A stretch of DNA of 64,000 nt from Caldisericia bacterium (GTDB lineage: Bacteria; Caldisericota; Caldisericia; JAAYUI01): contig OY771555.1 in the NCBI GenBank assembly GCA_963674785.1, positions 544,001 through 608,000 on the forward strand, in the 5' to 3' direction. The notes under the pieces are model-generated. The model was given only the letters and a program-made list of their open reading frames with translations. It was not told where the DNA came from and ran no database searches. The translations under genes were made by a program, and so were the position numbers. Shown here one piece after another: positions 10,074 to 20,606 of this stretch (within the stretch, counting starts at the first letter, position 1; the number at the start of each line of letters is the position of its first letter).

Positions 10074-10960
10074 ATCAAACCTCTGCCGGTGACTTTGATG
10101 AACACCTCCTCGAGAGTTGGTTCAAGACTATGAATAGTCTGGATGTCACCTTTGATAATCTTCATGAAATCGGAATTGTTACCAAGCCCATCAAGATCAA
10201 ACTCTTTTGTTTCAGTTTTTGTCTCAACACGGACTCTTCTTTTTCCATACTGAAGCTTCAGGTCGTGTGGAGTGTCTACAACTTTCAACTTACCATCATG
10301 GATGAGTCCGATTCTATCACAAAGCTCATCTGCAACATTCATGTTGTGTGTTGTAAGGAAAATTGTCTTGCCTTCATTTTTCTTCTGTAGGATGATGTCC
10401 TTTATGAGCCTTGCATTGATTGGGTCAAGCCCAATTGTTGGCTCATCAAGAAAGAAAATCTCAGGATCGTGAAGAAGAGTTCTTGCAAAATTCAACCTCA
10501 TCTTCATTCCCTTAGAAAAATCTGAAACTTTCTTGTCTGCATCTGCAGCAAGCCCCACCATATCAAGTGCCTCAAGTGGTTTGACCTTCTTTTCTTTGTA
10601 GAGACTTGAGAAGAAATCAAGATTTTCCTTTGCCGTCATCCTTAAATAATGTGATGGAAGCTCAAAGCTGACTCCAATATTTTCGAAGTAGTTATTGTCA
10701 ATCTCTGATAAATCCTTACCCATCACATGCACGCTTCCGGCATAGTTTTTCAGGAGACCGATGAGGATTGAAACAGTTGTTGTTTTTCCAGCACCAGATG
10801 GCCCCAAAAAACCGAAGATCTCACCTTTTGAAATCTCAAAAGATACGTCATCAACAGCACGCTTGATGGCAAATGCTTCTGTGACTCCGGGTGGGAGATC
10901 GGAAACCGCTACCTTTTTAGCATTTTTGTACGCAAAACCGAGATTCTTTACTTCAATCAT
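10070..10960 (-). CDS. ABC transporter ATP-binding protein
   Basis: GPSGAGKTT, FSKGMK signature, FLDEPT, TTH. Confidence 0.95.
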   Translation of the reverse strand: MIEVKNLGFAYKNAKKVAVSDLPPGVTEAFAIKRAVDDVSFEISKGEIFGFLGPSGAGKTTTVSILIGLLKNYAGSVHVMGKDLSEIDNNYFENIGVSFELPSHYLRMTAKENLDFFSSLYKEKKVKPLEALDMVGLAADADKKVSDFSKGMKMRLNFARTLLHDPEIFFLDEPTIGLDPINARLIKDIILQKKNEGKTIFLTTHNMNVADELCDRIGLIHDGKLKVVDTPHDLKLQYGKRRVRVETKTETKEFDLDGLGNNSDFMKIIKGDIQTIHSLEPTLEEVFIKVTGRGLI

Positions 10961-11078
10961 TTCACCGCTCCTTTTTTTAGTGATACAGATATGACACTCG
11001 ATGTTTGATTTTGTTTATGTTTTGAATTAATTATATAGTTTTTGTTCATAATTTTCAATATCTGCAATCACCCTCCTC

Positions 11079-11390
11079 CGTCATTCCCGGCTTGACCGGG
11101 AATCCAGGTCATACGAAACGTTTGCTGAGTTCGGTTTATCCTGTGCAAGTCTTCGGGTCAAAGCATGATTGGCTTCCCCTCTTCGTCATTCCCGGCTTGA
11201 CCGGGAATCCAGGATCATTGATGGTTCGAAAGTTTTCATTTTATTAATTCTTTTTGATGGACGGGCAATGTCACCTAACAAAAAAAACGCATTTTTGTCC
11301 CCTGGTTTCCAGCAGAAGCTGTGAAAGACAATCCATTACTACGTCATTCCCGTCCCGCATCAAGTGCGGGATGACGGATCGGGAATCTCC
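11079..11390. repeat. CGTC-type REP cluster with a ~146-bp REP doublet (11184-11329) and a nested REP (11342-11390)
   Basis: CGTCATTCCCGGCTTGACCGGGAATCCAGG at 11079 and 11184. The spacer is homologous to other copies. Confidence 0.85.
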
Positions 11391-11488
11391 GATGCTTGGA
11401 GTTGAAATCCTTTTTTTCTTGCAAAGCTAATTGAACAAACGCAAAAAAATGATAAGCTGGGAGAGATGCTTTATTTGGGGAGACAGAT

Positions 11489-12952
11489 ATGAAAAAGTGG
11501 ATAGTTATTTCCAGTGTCGTTGTGCTTCTTGGTGGTTTGTTTTTCTTTTTTACATTCAGGCTTGCACCCGGTAGCTATTACACATTTCTTTCATCGAAGA
11601 AATCAACCATTCCACAGAAAACTTATGAATTATGCAAAGAATTCAACTATCCGGAAGGTTCCATCTATAAACCAACAGATGATTTTGAATTGATTACCGA
11701 GGATTTGCCAAAACCAATAATCAAAAGGGACTATGACCCAGATTTTGAGTTTGAGAAATGGGAAAACACTGGGTATGAAGAATCTGGAAGGCTTCAGAGG
11801 GTTTGGGGCTTTGATGCCGCCAAAGAAGGTTTTGAGCTGAATGATGTATACAAATCTTCATCGATTCCTGGCAATATTTGGATGTTTCCAACCACAGATA
11901 GGGATAAGAAAAGTTTTAGAATCAAAGATATTTTTTTTGATCCAATAAGTGGGACTTACATGGATAACTACAAACCACCATACTTTATTGATAATTATTG
12001 GTACCATCCACGCTCTGGGTTTTGTGATAGAAACGCAGAACTACATCTCGACAACCTAAACAACATGGTCTCCTTAAAAGACAAAAATGGAAGGATTTTT
12101 TGGCTTCATAGGTTCAAAAAGGTAAGTGGTGTAAACGATTATAGTCCGCATATTGTCGAAATCATAGAGGAGAAGGCGATTGTTCATTGGCACGACAAAT
12201 TTTACTGTATAGATATTTCAAGTGGAGATATAAACTGGATTCTCAAGAACAAAATAAAAGATGTTTATAATGGATCAAAAAAAGCTAGTGGATACCTTTG
12301 GATATATATGTCAAATGCATTTTATGAAGGAGTAAGTGTTAAACCGATCCCCGCCAGTAAACAATACAGAATTGTTTGTTATAGGATTAGTTTATCAAAT
12401 CTTGAAGTTATAAAAATTGGAATCGATCCAATTTATTATTCAGATAAATTTGACTTTTTTGGGGACAGTCTCTATTTCAGAGAAAATGATTCCATAATGG
12501 AACATGATATAAAGACAGGACTGAATATAAGAATAATAGATGATAAGGACTATGATATTGGTTCTTTAAGCAAAGTCTTTTCAAATGGATCACCATATAT
12601 CCAATATCGCTCGGAATTATCAAAAGAAGGGGATTATTTAAGAGAAAAATACATCTATACAGATGATGAGTTCCAAGAGAGGTGGGTAATTGCAAAACGT
12701 ATCAGAAGCATAGAATCTGAGGATGAAAATGTCACAGCTGACGCCAAACTATTTGGGAAAATCAGATTCAGCTCGTACTCTGGTGTAGGGTTTGATGATG
12801 ATACCGTCTTCGGCATTGACACCACCACAGGTCAAAAAACCTGGTGGATAGATAGATCAGAATTATCTGATGATGCCCTGATTCAGATTGTTGATAGAAA
12901 TGGAGTTTGTATCTCTGAAGGGTCTGTGATTAGTTGTTATAGGAAACCGTAA
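11489..12952 (+). CDS. Membrane-anchored PQQ-like beta-propeller protein (paralog of 46624..47937)
   Basis: N-terminal TM helix, CIDISSGDINW and GIDTTTGQKTWW blades. Shares N- and C-terminal blocks with the 46624 gene. Confidence 0.75.
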   Translation: MKKWIVISSVVVLLGGLFFFFTFRLAPGSYYTFLSSKKSTIPQKTYELCKEFNYPEGSIYKPTDDFELITEDLPKPIIKRDYDPDFEFEKWENTGYEESGRLQRVWGFDAAKEGFELNDVYKSSSIPGNIWMFPTTDRDKKSFRIKDIFFDPISGTYMDNYKPPYFIDNYWYHPRSGFCDRNAELHLDNLNNMVSLKDKNGRIFWLHRFKKVSGVNDYSPHIVEIIEEKAIVHWHDKFYCIDISSGDINWILKNKIKDVYNGSKKASGYLWIYMSNAFYEGVSVKPIPASKQYRIVCYRISLSNLEVIKIGIDPIYYSDKFDFFGDSLYFRENDSIMEHDIKTGLNIRIIDDKDYDIGSLSKVFSNGSPYIQYRSELSKEGDYLREKYIYTDDEFQERWVIAKRIRSIESEDENVTADAKLFGKIRFSSYSGVGFDDDTVFGIDTTTGQKTWWIDRSELSDDALIQIVDRNGVCISEGSVISCYRKP

Positions 12953-13284
12953 CCTCCGTCATTTTCAACCTGATTGGGAATCTGAAATAACAGATCATAG
13001 CAGGACAGATAATCCAATAGCATCGATACAAGATGAATTCGTCATCATCAATCAAAGATTTGGCGCTAATAATCTGTTAACATTGAAGAAGATAATAAAA
13101 TTGTAAAAATAATAACAGGTGTTAGACTTGGAAAGTGATGGACAGAATGAGTAGAAAAATTTCTTACATATGCATCTTTTCACTTCTTTTTGGGTTGGCT
13201 TTTTTAATTACTCGCGAACAGACATCCACCTCTATTCTCAGAGATATGGATGGTTCAATCAGCTCACTTTAAACAGACTTTTTA

Positions 13285-13665
13285 TTATTCCCTGATCTGA
13301 TCAACAAAAAGCGGTGCAACGAAAAGAAAAACGACATAGATTGCCATCCATGGTTGGAATGACCAAAAATACCAGCTTAATGAGAACCCTGCAATGGCAA
13401 CATATGAAACTATATCAAAAATCACAAAAAGTGGAGTCCAGATAAGTGTGATTCTCCTTGCTTCACGTTTTCCATGTTCCATCGAATAGTATTTGAGTGT
13501 GAATAAAAAAGAAAAAACGGGCGATATTACCAACTTTACAACCCAGTGTGCAAGCTCCGAACCCGTAAGCAGAAGTATTATGATTGCAATCATGGATGAG
13601 AGAACATAGCTTAGAAAAAAGCATTCAATGAGTGTCCACCAGTTTGTGATAAATTTTTTTGCCAT
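13285..13665 (-). CDS. Small 4-TM membrane protein, unknown function
   Basis: Four hydrophobic segments. Start uncertain (13665 or 13701). Confidence 0.6.
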   Translation of the reverse strand: MAKKFITNWWTLIECFFLSYVLSSMIAIIILLLTGSELAHWVVKLVISPVFSFLFTLKYYSMEHGKREARRITLIWTPLFVIFDIVSYVAIAGFSLSWYFWSFQPWMAIYVVFLFVAPLFVDQIRE

Positions 13666-13742
13666 GACTTTTATGATGGTTATTTGGATGATTGTTGTCA
13701 AGTGAGATAACTCCCATTTTTACGAAGTGAAAATACGGAGGT

Positions 13743-14048
13743 ATGCCATCCTCGCGAACGCGGGGATCTAGGTCGATATTCGAATTCTCCAGAGGAGAAT
13801 TTCTGGAGAACGTCATTCCGGGCTTGACCCGGGGTCTAGCGCTTTTGGTCGCATAAATTTGTGTTATAGAAATTTGATAGTATCTCGTCCCCGGCCCTTC
13901 CGTCATTCCGCACTTGATGCGGAATCTAGGGTTATGTTTGTTTCAATAGACATCACTCAACGTTTCTTAGTACCGGACAATTGATTTCTCCAGACAAAAA
14001 CACATGCAATGTTTTATGCCCTAGATTCCCGTTTTCACTGGAATGACG
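13743..14048. repeat. REP cluster with a 148-bp REP doublet (13901-14048)
   Basis: Palindromes at 13743, 13810, 13901 and 14020. The doublet ends CGTCATTCC...GGAATGACG. Confidence 0.85.
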
Positions 14049-14141
14049 TAGAAAAAACAGAAGAAACGCAGAGATAATCCTACATCACTATTTTTGATGG
14101 TCACGGAACCAGTCAAAGCATCGCTGGAATGAAGTGGAAAC

Positions 14142-16646
14142 CTACCCCTCCAAACTCACACAAACAACCATACCACCATCCATATCAAGGAAGTAGTATT
14201 TTCCTGTTGTTTCGCTGTAGCGTTGCAGGTGGTAAGTATTTGGTAGGTCGATGTATTCACCCGAGGGAACTTTGAAGAAGTATCCACCCATTTCGAGGAT
14301 TTCAGATCGAGTATTATAATACAGCCTTGTATCTCCGCTATAATATAAACCATTTTTAGAAACCTGATTTTTTAGAATATTGATATCACCTGTCAAAGGT
14401 TGACCAAAAATTGATGCAACCTGTTCTCCCGATTTTGCATTGTGTACAATCATACCAGTATCCCAAACAGCTTCATCTCCACATTTTCCATTAATAATAT
14501 ACAACCCATTTCTTGACAAATACCCGTCAAAAGATTCATAAATTGAGAAAATTACTTGGTTCAAACCGGTACATATTTCATTTAATTGATGGTCTTTATT
14601 GTTGATATAATCATTTGACACAGGCCTAAGTGGTTTATCAAAAAGAGAGGTATTTAAATAATTCTCAACTCTTTTTGGAGGATTATCTGCAGTAAAAACA
14701 CCCTTATAAAATGATCCACCAGGTGGATCATAGTGCCCAGAAAAATATGCATATTCATTATTTGAAAAGGAAAAATTCTCAAAATCTAGACACTCTGCCC
14801 AGACAACTTCGCCTGTTGAAATCTTTCTGCATTCATAATACCTGCAAAATTCGTGAGAGTAATATGTCTCACCATTATCTGTTCCTGCAATAAGGCATTT
14901 ATCAGTATCACCAAAAACAGATAAGAAATGAAATGATTCAGTTCTCCAGTCTTCAAGTCCAGTTTCTCCATCCAAACAGCAGAATATATTTTCATTTGTG
15001 TCAGAAAATAATTCTAATGGATTCTTTTTGTATTGAACAAACACTTTATCAAAGCTAGTTGAAGCATCTTTCAATTGAAGAGTTTTTATGATTTTATCAT
15101 AATCAGGATCACCTTTTTTTGGATATTCCCACAAACACAATCCACTTTCAAGATCATAACATTCCAATTTCCTGTTACCCAAATCATCACTTACTAATGC
15201 AAAAAGATGATTCCTGGAGTATTGCGTGAAAATACAGTTTTTTGAAGCTTTCCAGTCTATGGATGTTTTGATATTACTTTTGGGTTTCTTGATGATTTCT
15301 TTGACTTTCAGATCAGAATTATCAACAAAAGAATCAAAACTCTCGTAAATCTTTGGTTCAAAGCTTTTGATCAACACAGGCAACACTCCGGTTTCACCAA
15401 TCGCAAGTTCACCTCTTGAGCTTCCAATAAATATGGGCATATCCATTTTGTTTATCACTTTAACGTTTTTTTTAACATACTCATACGGATATCTCTCAAT
15501 TGTTACAGTATCAGTGCCTGTCTCTTCCCACACGATTTCTAGATATGATTTCTTCCTGACTATGTCAAGTTTCAAGGTTTTTTGTTCTTCCGATTCCTGA
15601 ACCATCTCAATCTGAGAATCATCATTTTCATCTTTGAGTCTTTTTGCAGAAATTGTGATTTCCTCATGAACCATCGAGTCTTCATCTTTTTTTTCAACAT
15701 CCCCAAGTCTCGCCCAGATGAGAAATGATTCTGATTTTCCAGGTTTCACAGATAGTGGCTTGATGGCATCTATTGTGATACTTGTGTTTGAAACCTCAAA
15801 TTCAAAATCGGCCTCTTCTTTTGAATTGTTTTTTACCAACATCTCAAGCTGCTTTGGTTTGTTTTCATAAAGATTCACAACCAAACTATCACTCCCGCTG
15901 GCGACCCAACTCACACTCCACCAATCGGCTTCGGTGATGTGAATGGTTAGGGTCTGGAGTTCTCCCTTTGACGGGGTGATTTTGATTTCTGCATCAACCG
16001 GGAATTCAACTTCTTCAGGCAGTTTGATGGTCACAGGAACATTGACTGCATCATCTAAGTTTCTGATAAAATCAGATGTGATGGTTGTCATGTCTGAGCG
16101 AACCCAACCGGTTCTTCCGTCTTCAAGCTCAATCTCAATCCAGGTTTTATCATCTTCTTCACCTGGGGCTTGAGAAATATAGGTATATTCCTTTTGTTCA
16201 GTTGTATTGAGTAATATTTCTGAACTTGTTGTTGGTTTTTTTCTGATGTTTACAAGCACACCAACCATTACAGTGATATTGTGTTCATCTTCTGCTGAGA
16301 CTATTTCAATTCGGCTGTTTGGAAATGATATGAAATCTGAGTCGGATGTGAGTTTGAAGGTGGACTTTATTCCGGGTGTTTTGTGTTTGTTCCAGATTGT
16401 GAAATCCACGGTTTTTTCTTCACCAGGGGACATTTCAAGGGACAGGGTGTTTAGAGGATTTATGTCATCGGTATTATTTATGACTCCCTCAATCTCATGC
16501 AGCATATATGAGTTCTCAGAATCTGAGTTATCCCAAAAAACGGAGTAGTCTGCTTTCTCTTCTCCACAGCCAGCCATAAGAAACACTGGGGTAATAAGCA
16601 ACACACAAACACAGAAAGCAACAATCTTTTTTAGTGGCTTACCCAT
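14142..16646 (-). CDS. Lipoprotein with SH3b, Ig-like and PQQ-like propeller regions
   Basis: Lipobox LMAGC, SH3b (VNIRKKPTTSSEIL..WIEIELEDGRTGWVRSD), CYDLESGLCLW blades. RBS GGAGG. Confidence 0.8.
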   Translation of the reverse strand: MGKPLKKIVAFCVCVLLITPVFLMAGCGEEKADYSVFWDNSDSENSYMLHEIEGVINNTDDINPLNTLSLEMSPGEEKTVDFTIWNKHKTPGIKSTFKLTSDSDFISFPNSRIEIVSAEDEHNITVMVGVLVNIRKKPTTSSEILLNTTEQKEYTYISQAPGEEDDKTWIEIELEDGRTGWVRSDMTTITSDFIRNLDDAVNVPVTIKLPEEVEFPVDAEIKITPSKGELQTLTIHITEADWWSVSWVASGSDSLVVNLYENKPKQLEMLVKNNSKEEADFEFEVSNTSITIDAIKPLSVKPGKSESFLIWARLGDVEKKDEDSMVHEEITISAKRLKDENDDSQIEMVQESEEQKTLKLDIVRKKSYLEIVWEETGTDTVTIERYPYEYVKKNVKVINKMDMPIFIGSSRGELAIGETGVLPVLIKSFEPKIYESFDSFVDNSDLKVKEIIKKPKSNIKTSIDWKASKNCIFTQYSRNHLFALVSDDLGNRKLECYDLESGLCLWEYPKKGDPDYDKIIKTLQLKDASTSFDKVFVQYKKNPLELFSDTNENIFCCLDGETGLEDWRTESFHFLSVFGDTDKCLIAGTDNGETYYSHEFCRYYECRKISTGEVVWAECLDFENFSFSNNEYAYFSGHYDPPGGSFYKGVFTADNPPKRVENYLNTSLFDKPLRPVSNDYINNKDHQLNEICTGLNQVIFSIYESFDGYLSRNGLYIINGKCGDEAVWDTGMIVHNAKSGEQVASIFGQPLTGDINILKNQVSKNGLYYSGDTRLYYNTRSEILEMGGYFFKVPSGEYIDLPNTYHLQRYSETTGKYYFLDMDGGMVVCVSLEG

Positions 16647-16798
16647 CATCGACCTCCTAAAAGCTTCACAATAAGTATAGTGATTACAGCATAAAATCAA
16701 AATATCACACATCTAGCAGAGTCTTGATATGCATTTTTCTGGGATTTATCGAGAGGTTTAAAACTCAAGCCAGAGGGCAGAAATAGAAAACAAGTTTT

Positions 16799-19252
16799 CT
16801 ATTTCTGCAAACTCACACAAACAACCTGTCCACCATCCATATCAAGGAAATAGTATTTTCCTGTTGTTTCGCTGTAGTGTTGCAGGTGGTAAGTATTTGG
16901 AAGGTCGATGTATTCTTTTTCTGGGAGCTTGAAGAAATATCCACCCATTTCGAGGATTTCTCCTTCGATGTTGTAGTAGGAAACATTTTTATTGTAATAA
17001 TAGTTGGATTCCCATTCTCTAAAACTTCCCTCACCAAAATCTATGTCACCATTTTTTGGCATATTTCCAAATGCAGCAATTGTTTCACCGCTATCTTTAT
17101 CAAAAAGAAACATTTCTGTAGAATAGTAATCACTGATAGCAACAACTAATCCATTTTCTGTAACAAATGTTTGATGTTCAGTTGCAGAACCAAAAAAAGA
17201 TTCTATGAGTTTATCAAATTCTTTTTTAGACTCCTCAGGCCACTTCATAGTGGTTTCATTCGCAGAAGACACCCAGGGAAATTCACTATGCAGATAAGAA
17301 CCAGGCCAATAGAGACATGTTTCATGTGTTATTTCTGGTGGAGTATCTGCTGTGATTCTGCCTCCTTTTGTTCCCTCTTCGGAGCTGAAGAAATAGGCAT
17401 AATCGTTGTCTGCATAACCAAAACTCTCAAGTTCGCTATAGTTTTTTTCCCAAAGAACTTCATTTGTTGTTAATTTTCTACATTCAAAATGTTTGCATTG
17501 GTTACCACATTCATCTCTGTACCCACAATCAACGACAAACCTATCAGTGCTCCCAAAAACTGATAAAAAATTATTACCTTTCAAATACCAATCCATCTCT
17601 CCGTTTTTCACATCAAGACAAACCGAAACATTTTTTTCAATTTCAGGATACTTGCTCTCTTCAAGATTATATTGCACAATAACTTTGTCAAATGCAGTCG
17701 AAACATCTTTCAAAAGCAGAGTTTTAGAAATTATATCATACTCAGGGTGATCTTTCTTTGGGTATACCCACAAGAGTTCACCAGAGATGATATCAAAACA
17801 TTCGATTTTCCTGTTCCCCATATTATCATTTATAAGTGTGAATAGATTTTTATCAGAATATTGTGTAAAAATACAATTTTTAGATATCTTCCGGTCAGTT
17901 TTTGATTTTACATTGCTAACAGGTTTTTTGATGACGTGATTTATCTTTAGAGGAAAACTTCTTCCTGAAATCTCAACTTGTGTTTCTGACTTTGAATTCA
18001 GAATTAAGGTTGGAATCAAAAGTGTTTGACTAGCTTCTAACCATTTTGAATTTCCAACATCAATTGTTTGATCAGTATGATTTACAATTTTGATGTTTTT
18101 CAAAACAAATTCATATGGAAGAAGCTCAACAGTTATCGTATCTGTTCCAGTCTCATCCCAAAAAACATCCACATCAAGCTTTTTATGTATGGCACTCAGG
18201 TGTATCTTTTTAAAATCAGAAGTTTGTTCCTCTTCATCATCCTTGTAATTATCAATTCCTTTGATTGTTATAGTCTCTTTGAATTTTGTGTTTTCATCAA
18301 TTCCATCCTTATGCAAAGTATATATCGTGGCACAGACTTTAGTCTTTTTTCCTGCTGAAACCTTCACCTTATCTCGGGTATCAATACGTAAGCTTTTATC
18401 ACTTGTAAAAATATGGAACATTGAAGTTGTGTCTGAATGATTTGTTATTTCAAATTCCACACCAGTACGTTTCCATTCATATAGATCGATCTCTTGTCTA
18501 ACAGTTCCACTGGCAACCCAATTCACACTCCACCAGTCAGCTTCGGTAATCATAAGATTTAAAATCTGCGATTCTCCGTTTGATGGAGTGATTTTAACTT
18601 TTACTTCAACAGGAAGAGTAATTTCTTTTGGAAGCTTGATATTCACTGGGATATCTACAGTATTATCGTCATCTAAATCAAAATCTAGATTTAGTGTTGC
18701 TAGATCTGATCGAACCCAACCAGTTCCTCCATCTTCAAGCTCAATCTCAATCCATGTTCTGCTATCATGATCACTAACTTTTTGTGATCTGATCAAAAAA
18801 CCATAACTTTCAATAGTTTTATATAGTATCTCAGACTCGGTTGTTGGGTTTGATCTTATGTTTACTCCAGATTCAACATATGCAATTCCCGGTTTCCTTT
18901 TTTTAGAGATTGTTTCTATTTTGTCTTTTGGAAATGTAACATATTCTGAGTTTGAAGAGATTCTATAAGTTGTCTTTATTCCAGGTGTTTCATGCCTATT
19001 CCAGATTTTGAGTATAATTGTTTTTTCAGAATCTGGAGCCACCTCTACATAAGAGTTTTTAAGGAGATTACCGGTTCCTTGGTTTTGATATAAGTTCAAG
19101 ATCTTATGTGCTTTATGTGGTCCAGGTGACTCTAGCTCCCAAAACGCTAAGTATTCTGCTTTCTCCTCTCCACAACCAGTGACAAAAATTACGGGACATA
19201 CAAGAATAAAACAGATAACAACTGTTAGAAGCTTTTTTACAGATAAACCCAT
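16799..19252 (-). CDS. Tandem paralog lipoprotein (SH3b, Ig-like, PQQ-like propeller)
   Basis: Lipobox FVTGC, SH3b motif WIEIELEDGGTGWVRSD, C-terminus near-identical to the 14142 gene. Confidence 0.8.
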   Translation of the reverse strand: MGLSVKKLLTVVICFILVCPVIFVTGCGEEKAEYLAFWELESPGPHKAHKILNLYQNQGTGNLLKNSYVEVAPDSEKTIILKIWNRHETPGIKTTYRISSNSEYVTFPKDKIETISKKRKPGIAYVESGVNIRSNPTTESEILYKTIESYGFLIRSQKVSDHDSRTWIEIELEDGGTGWVRSDLATLNLDFDLDDDNTVDIPVNIKLPKEITLPVEVKVKITPSNGESQILNLMITEADWWSVNWVASGTVRQEIDLYEWKRTGVEFEITNHSDTTSMFHIFTSDKSLRIDTRDKVKVSAGKKTKVCATIYTLHKDGIDENTKFKETITIKGIDNYKDDEEEQTSDFKKIHLSAIHKKLDVDVFWDETGTDTITVELLPYEFVLKNIKIVNHTDQTIDVGNSKWLEASQTLLIPTLILNSKSETQVEISGRSFPLKINHVIKKPVSNVKSKTDRKISKNCIFTQYSDKNLFTLINDNMGNRKIECFDIISGELLWVYPKKDHPEYDIISKTLLLKDVSTAFDKVIVQYNLEESKYPEIEKNVSVCLDVKNGEMDWYLKGNNFLSVFGSTDRFVVDCGYRDECGNQCKHFECRKLTTNEVLWEKNYSELESFGYADNDYAYFFSSEEGTKGGRITADTPPEITHETCLYWPGSYLHSEFPWVSSANETTMKWPEESKKEFDKLIESFFGSATEHQTFVTENGLVVAISDYYSTEMFLFDKDSGETIAAFGNMPKNGDIDFGEGSFREWESNYYYNKNVSYYNIEGEILEMGGYFFKLPEKEYIDLPNTYHLQHYSETTGKYYFLDMDGGQVVCVSLQK

Positions 19253-19379
19253 CACACACCTCCAAAGAAACTAAAGACAAGTGTAATGAAATGAGATGAA
19301 AATTGCAAAGGGCTATTTTTGAGATGTTCGATGGATACTGAGCCTATCAAAGCATCAATGGAAAGTCGATCTTTCACTA

Positions 19380-19600
19380 CGTCATTCCCGGCGATCCCCT
19401 CGTCGTTCCGGGCTTGACCCGGAATCCAGGGTTACTTTTGATTCATGAATTCTCTATTTTAATAATTCTTGATGTTGGAAATGCAGTTTCACCCGATAAA
19501 AAAGCACGCCTTTTTATGCCCTGGTTTCCAGCGTTCGCTGGAAAGACAATCTATTACTACGTTGCTAAGCTTGTCGAAGTATGACCGAGAATCTCTAGTT
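19380..19600. repeat. REP cluster with a ~147-bp REP doublet (19401-19547)
   Basis: CGTCGTTCCGGGCTTGACCCGGAATCCAGG + conserved spacer + CCTGGTTTCCAGCGTTCGCTGGAAAGAC. Confidence 0.85.
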
Positions 19601-19664
19601 TTTCAATATATGAGAATTAGGCTGATTCATAAACACAGGAACAACCGAGGTTCGAAACTTCCTG

Positions 19665-20606
19665 CTACTCATCAAGTGGCTTTTTAATAAGCTCAAGGTT
19701 GTACCTGTTTTCATCCTTAAGTGAGGTATCTGAATGGTTCCAACCGTGAGAATCTCTTATCTGTTCTGCTTTCAGGTCGAGACCAAAATAATACCAGATG
19801 TCATCACATACGCCAAACGCATGTGTAAAATTGTCCCGCCAAAACTGTCCATGTCGGCACTGCTCAAACCCTGTTCCCTCACGACAGCTTGGATTATAAA
19901 GATACAAGGCAATCGCAAGGTCTCGAAGTTTCAGTTTTTCATCAGGATGGACAAAGCTGCTTTTGACCTGTGACAAAAGCACAGAAACCCAGGAAACACC
20001 AACCCCAAGACCTTCAAAGTTTCCGAGCCTCTGTTTGTCAAAGCTGAATCCTAAATCATCATTCATAAAATCGATGTGGTAGGAAAACACATCCATCGCA
20101 TTATTCTGCGGGAGGGATTTTGCGTCCTTTGATGCAGGAGTTCCATTTGTTCGACCTTCACGGCTCTCCCAAATCCAGATTCCAAGTGAGGTGAGAGCAA
20201 CATCAGACAAAGAAACCTCTTTTTCCCAGAAGCCAGGTTTGGTTTTAATTGGTAAATCCAGGCTTAGTTTGCTACTGGCAACCGATGCCCAAAATCCTGC
20301 AACCATGGTGAAATCATCAGGATTGTATTCAAAGCCATCATTCCAATTCGCATTGAATCTTTGTGTCATCTCATCTGTTACCGGATTTCGGTCGAGGTTT
20401 TTGATATTTTCAGAAACCGCGATTCCTCTGATGACATGGAAGATAAAACCTGGGATTTCAAGGGCTTCGGCAAAAGATGCGGAGAAGGGTTTGATTGTGG
20501 AGAGTTCGGTATCTACTAATTCAGTCTGTCCCCTACAACCAAGACACAATAAAATAAGGCAAATACAAACTATAGTTATTCTTTTAAATTGTGACCAATG
20601 TATCAC
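19665..20606 (-). CDS. Lipoprotein, possibly a divergent lytic-transglycosylase-like fold
   Basis: Lipobox LCLGC. IWIWESREG and ALYLYNP resemble SLT motifs. GTGA overlap with the upstream gene. Confidence 0.55.
   Translation of the reverse strand: MIHWSQFKRITIVCICLILLCLGCRGQTELVDTELSTIKPFSASFAEALEIPGFIFHVIRGIAVSENIKNLDRNPVTDEMTQRFNANWNDGFEYNPDDFTMVAGFWASVASSKLSLDLPIKTKPGFWEKEVSLSDVALTSLGIWIWESREGRTNGTPASKDAKSLPQNNAMDVFSYHIDFMNDDLGFSFDKQRLGNFEGLGVGVSWVSVLLSQVKSSFVHPDEKLKLRDLAIALYLYNPSCREGTGFEQCRHGQFWRDNFTHAFGVCDDIWYYFGLDLKAEQIRDSHGWNHSDTSLKDENRYNLELIKKPLDE

Noticed and set aside
13147-13272. 41-aa hydrophobic ORF (MSRKISYICIFSLLFGLAFL...)
   Set aside because: No convincing RBS or homology. 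It could be a gene relic but is not supportable.
14142-16960. Diversity-generating retroelement (TR/VR pair) suggested by the ~150-bp repeat at two gene 3' ends
   Set aside because: Both copies are coding C-termini, mismatches are not confined to adenines, and there is no reverse transcriptase in the window.
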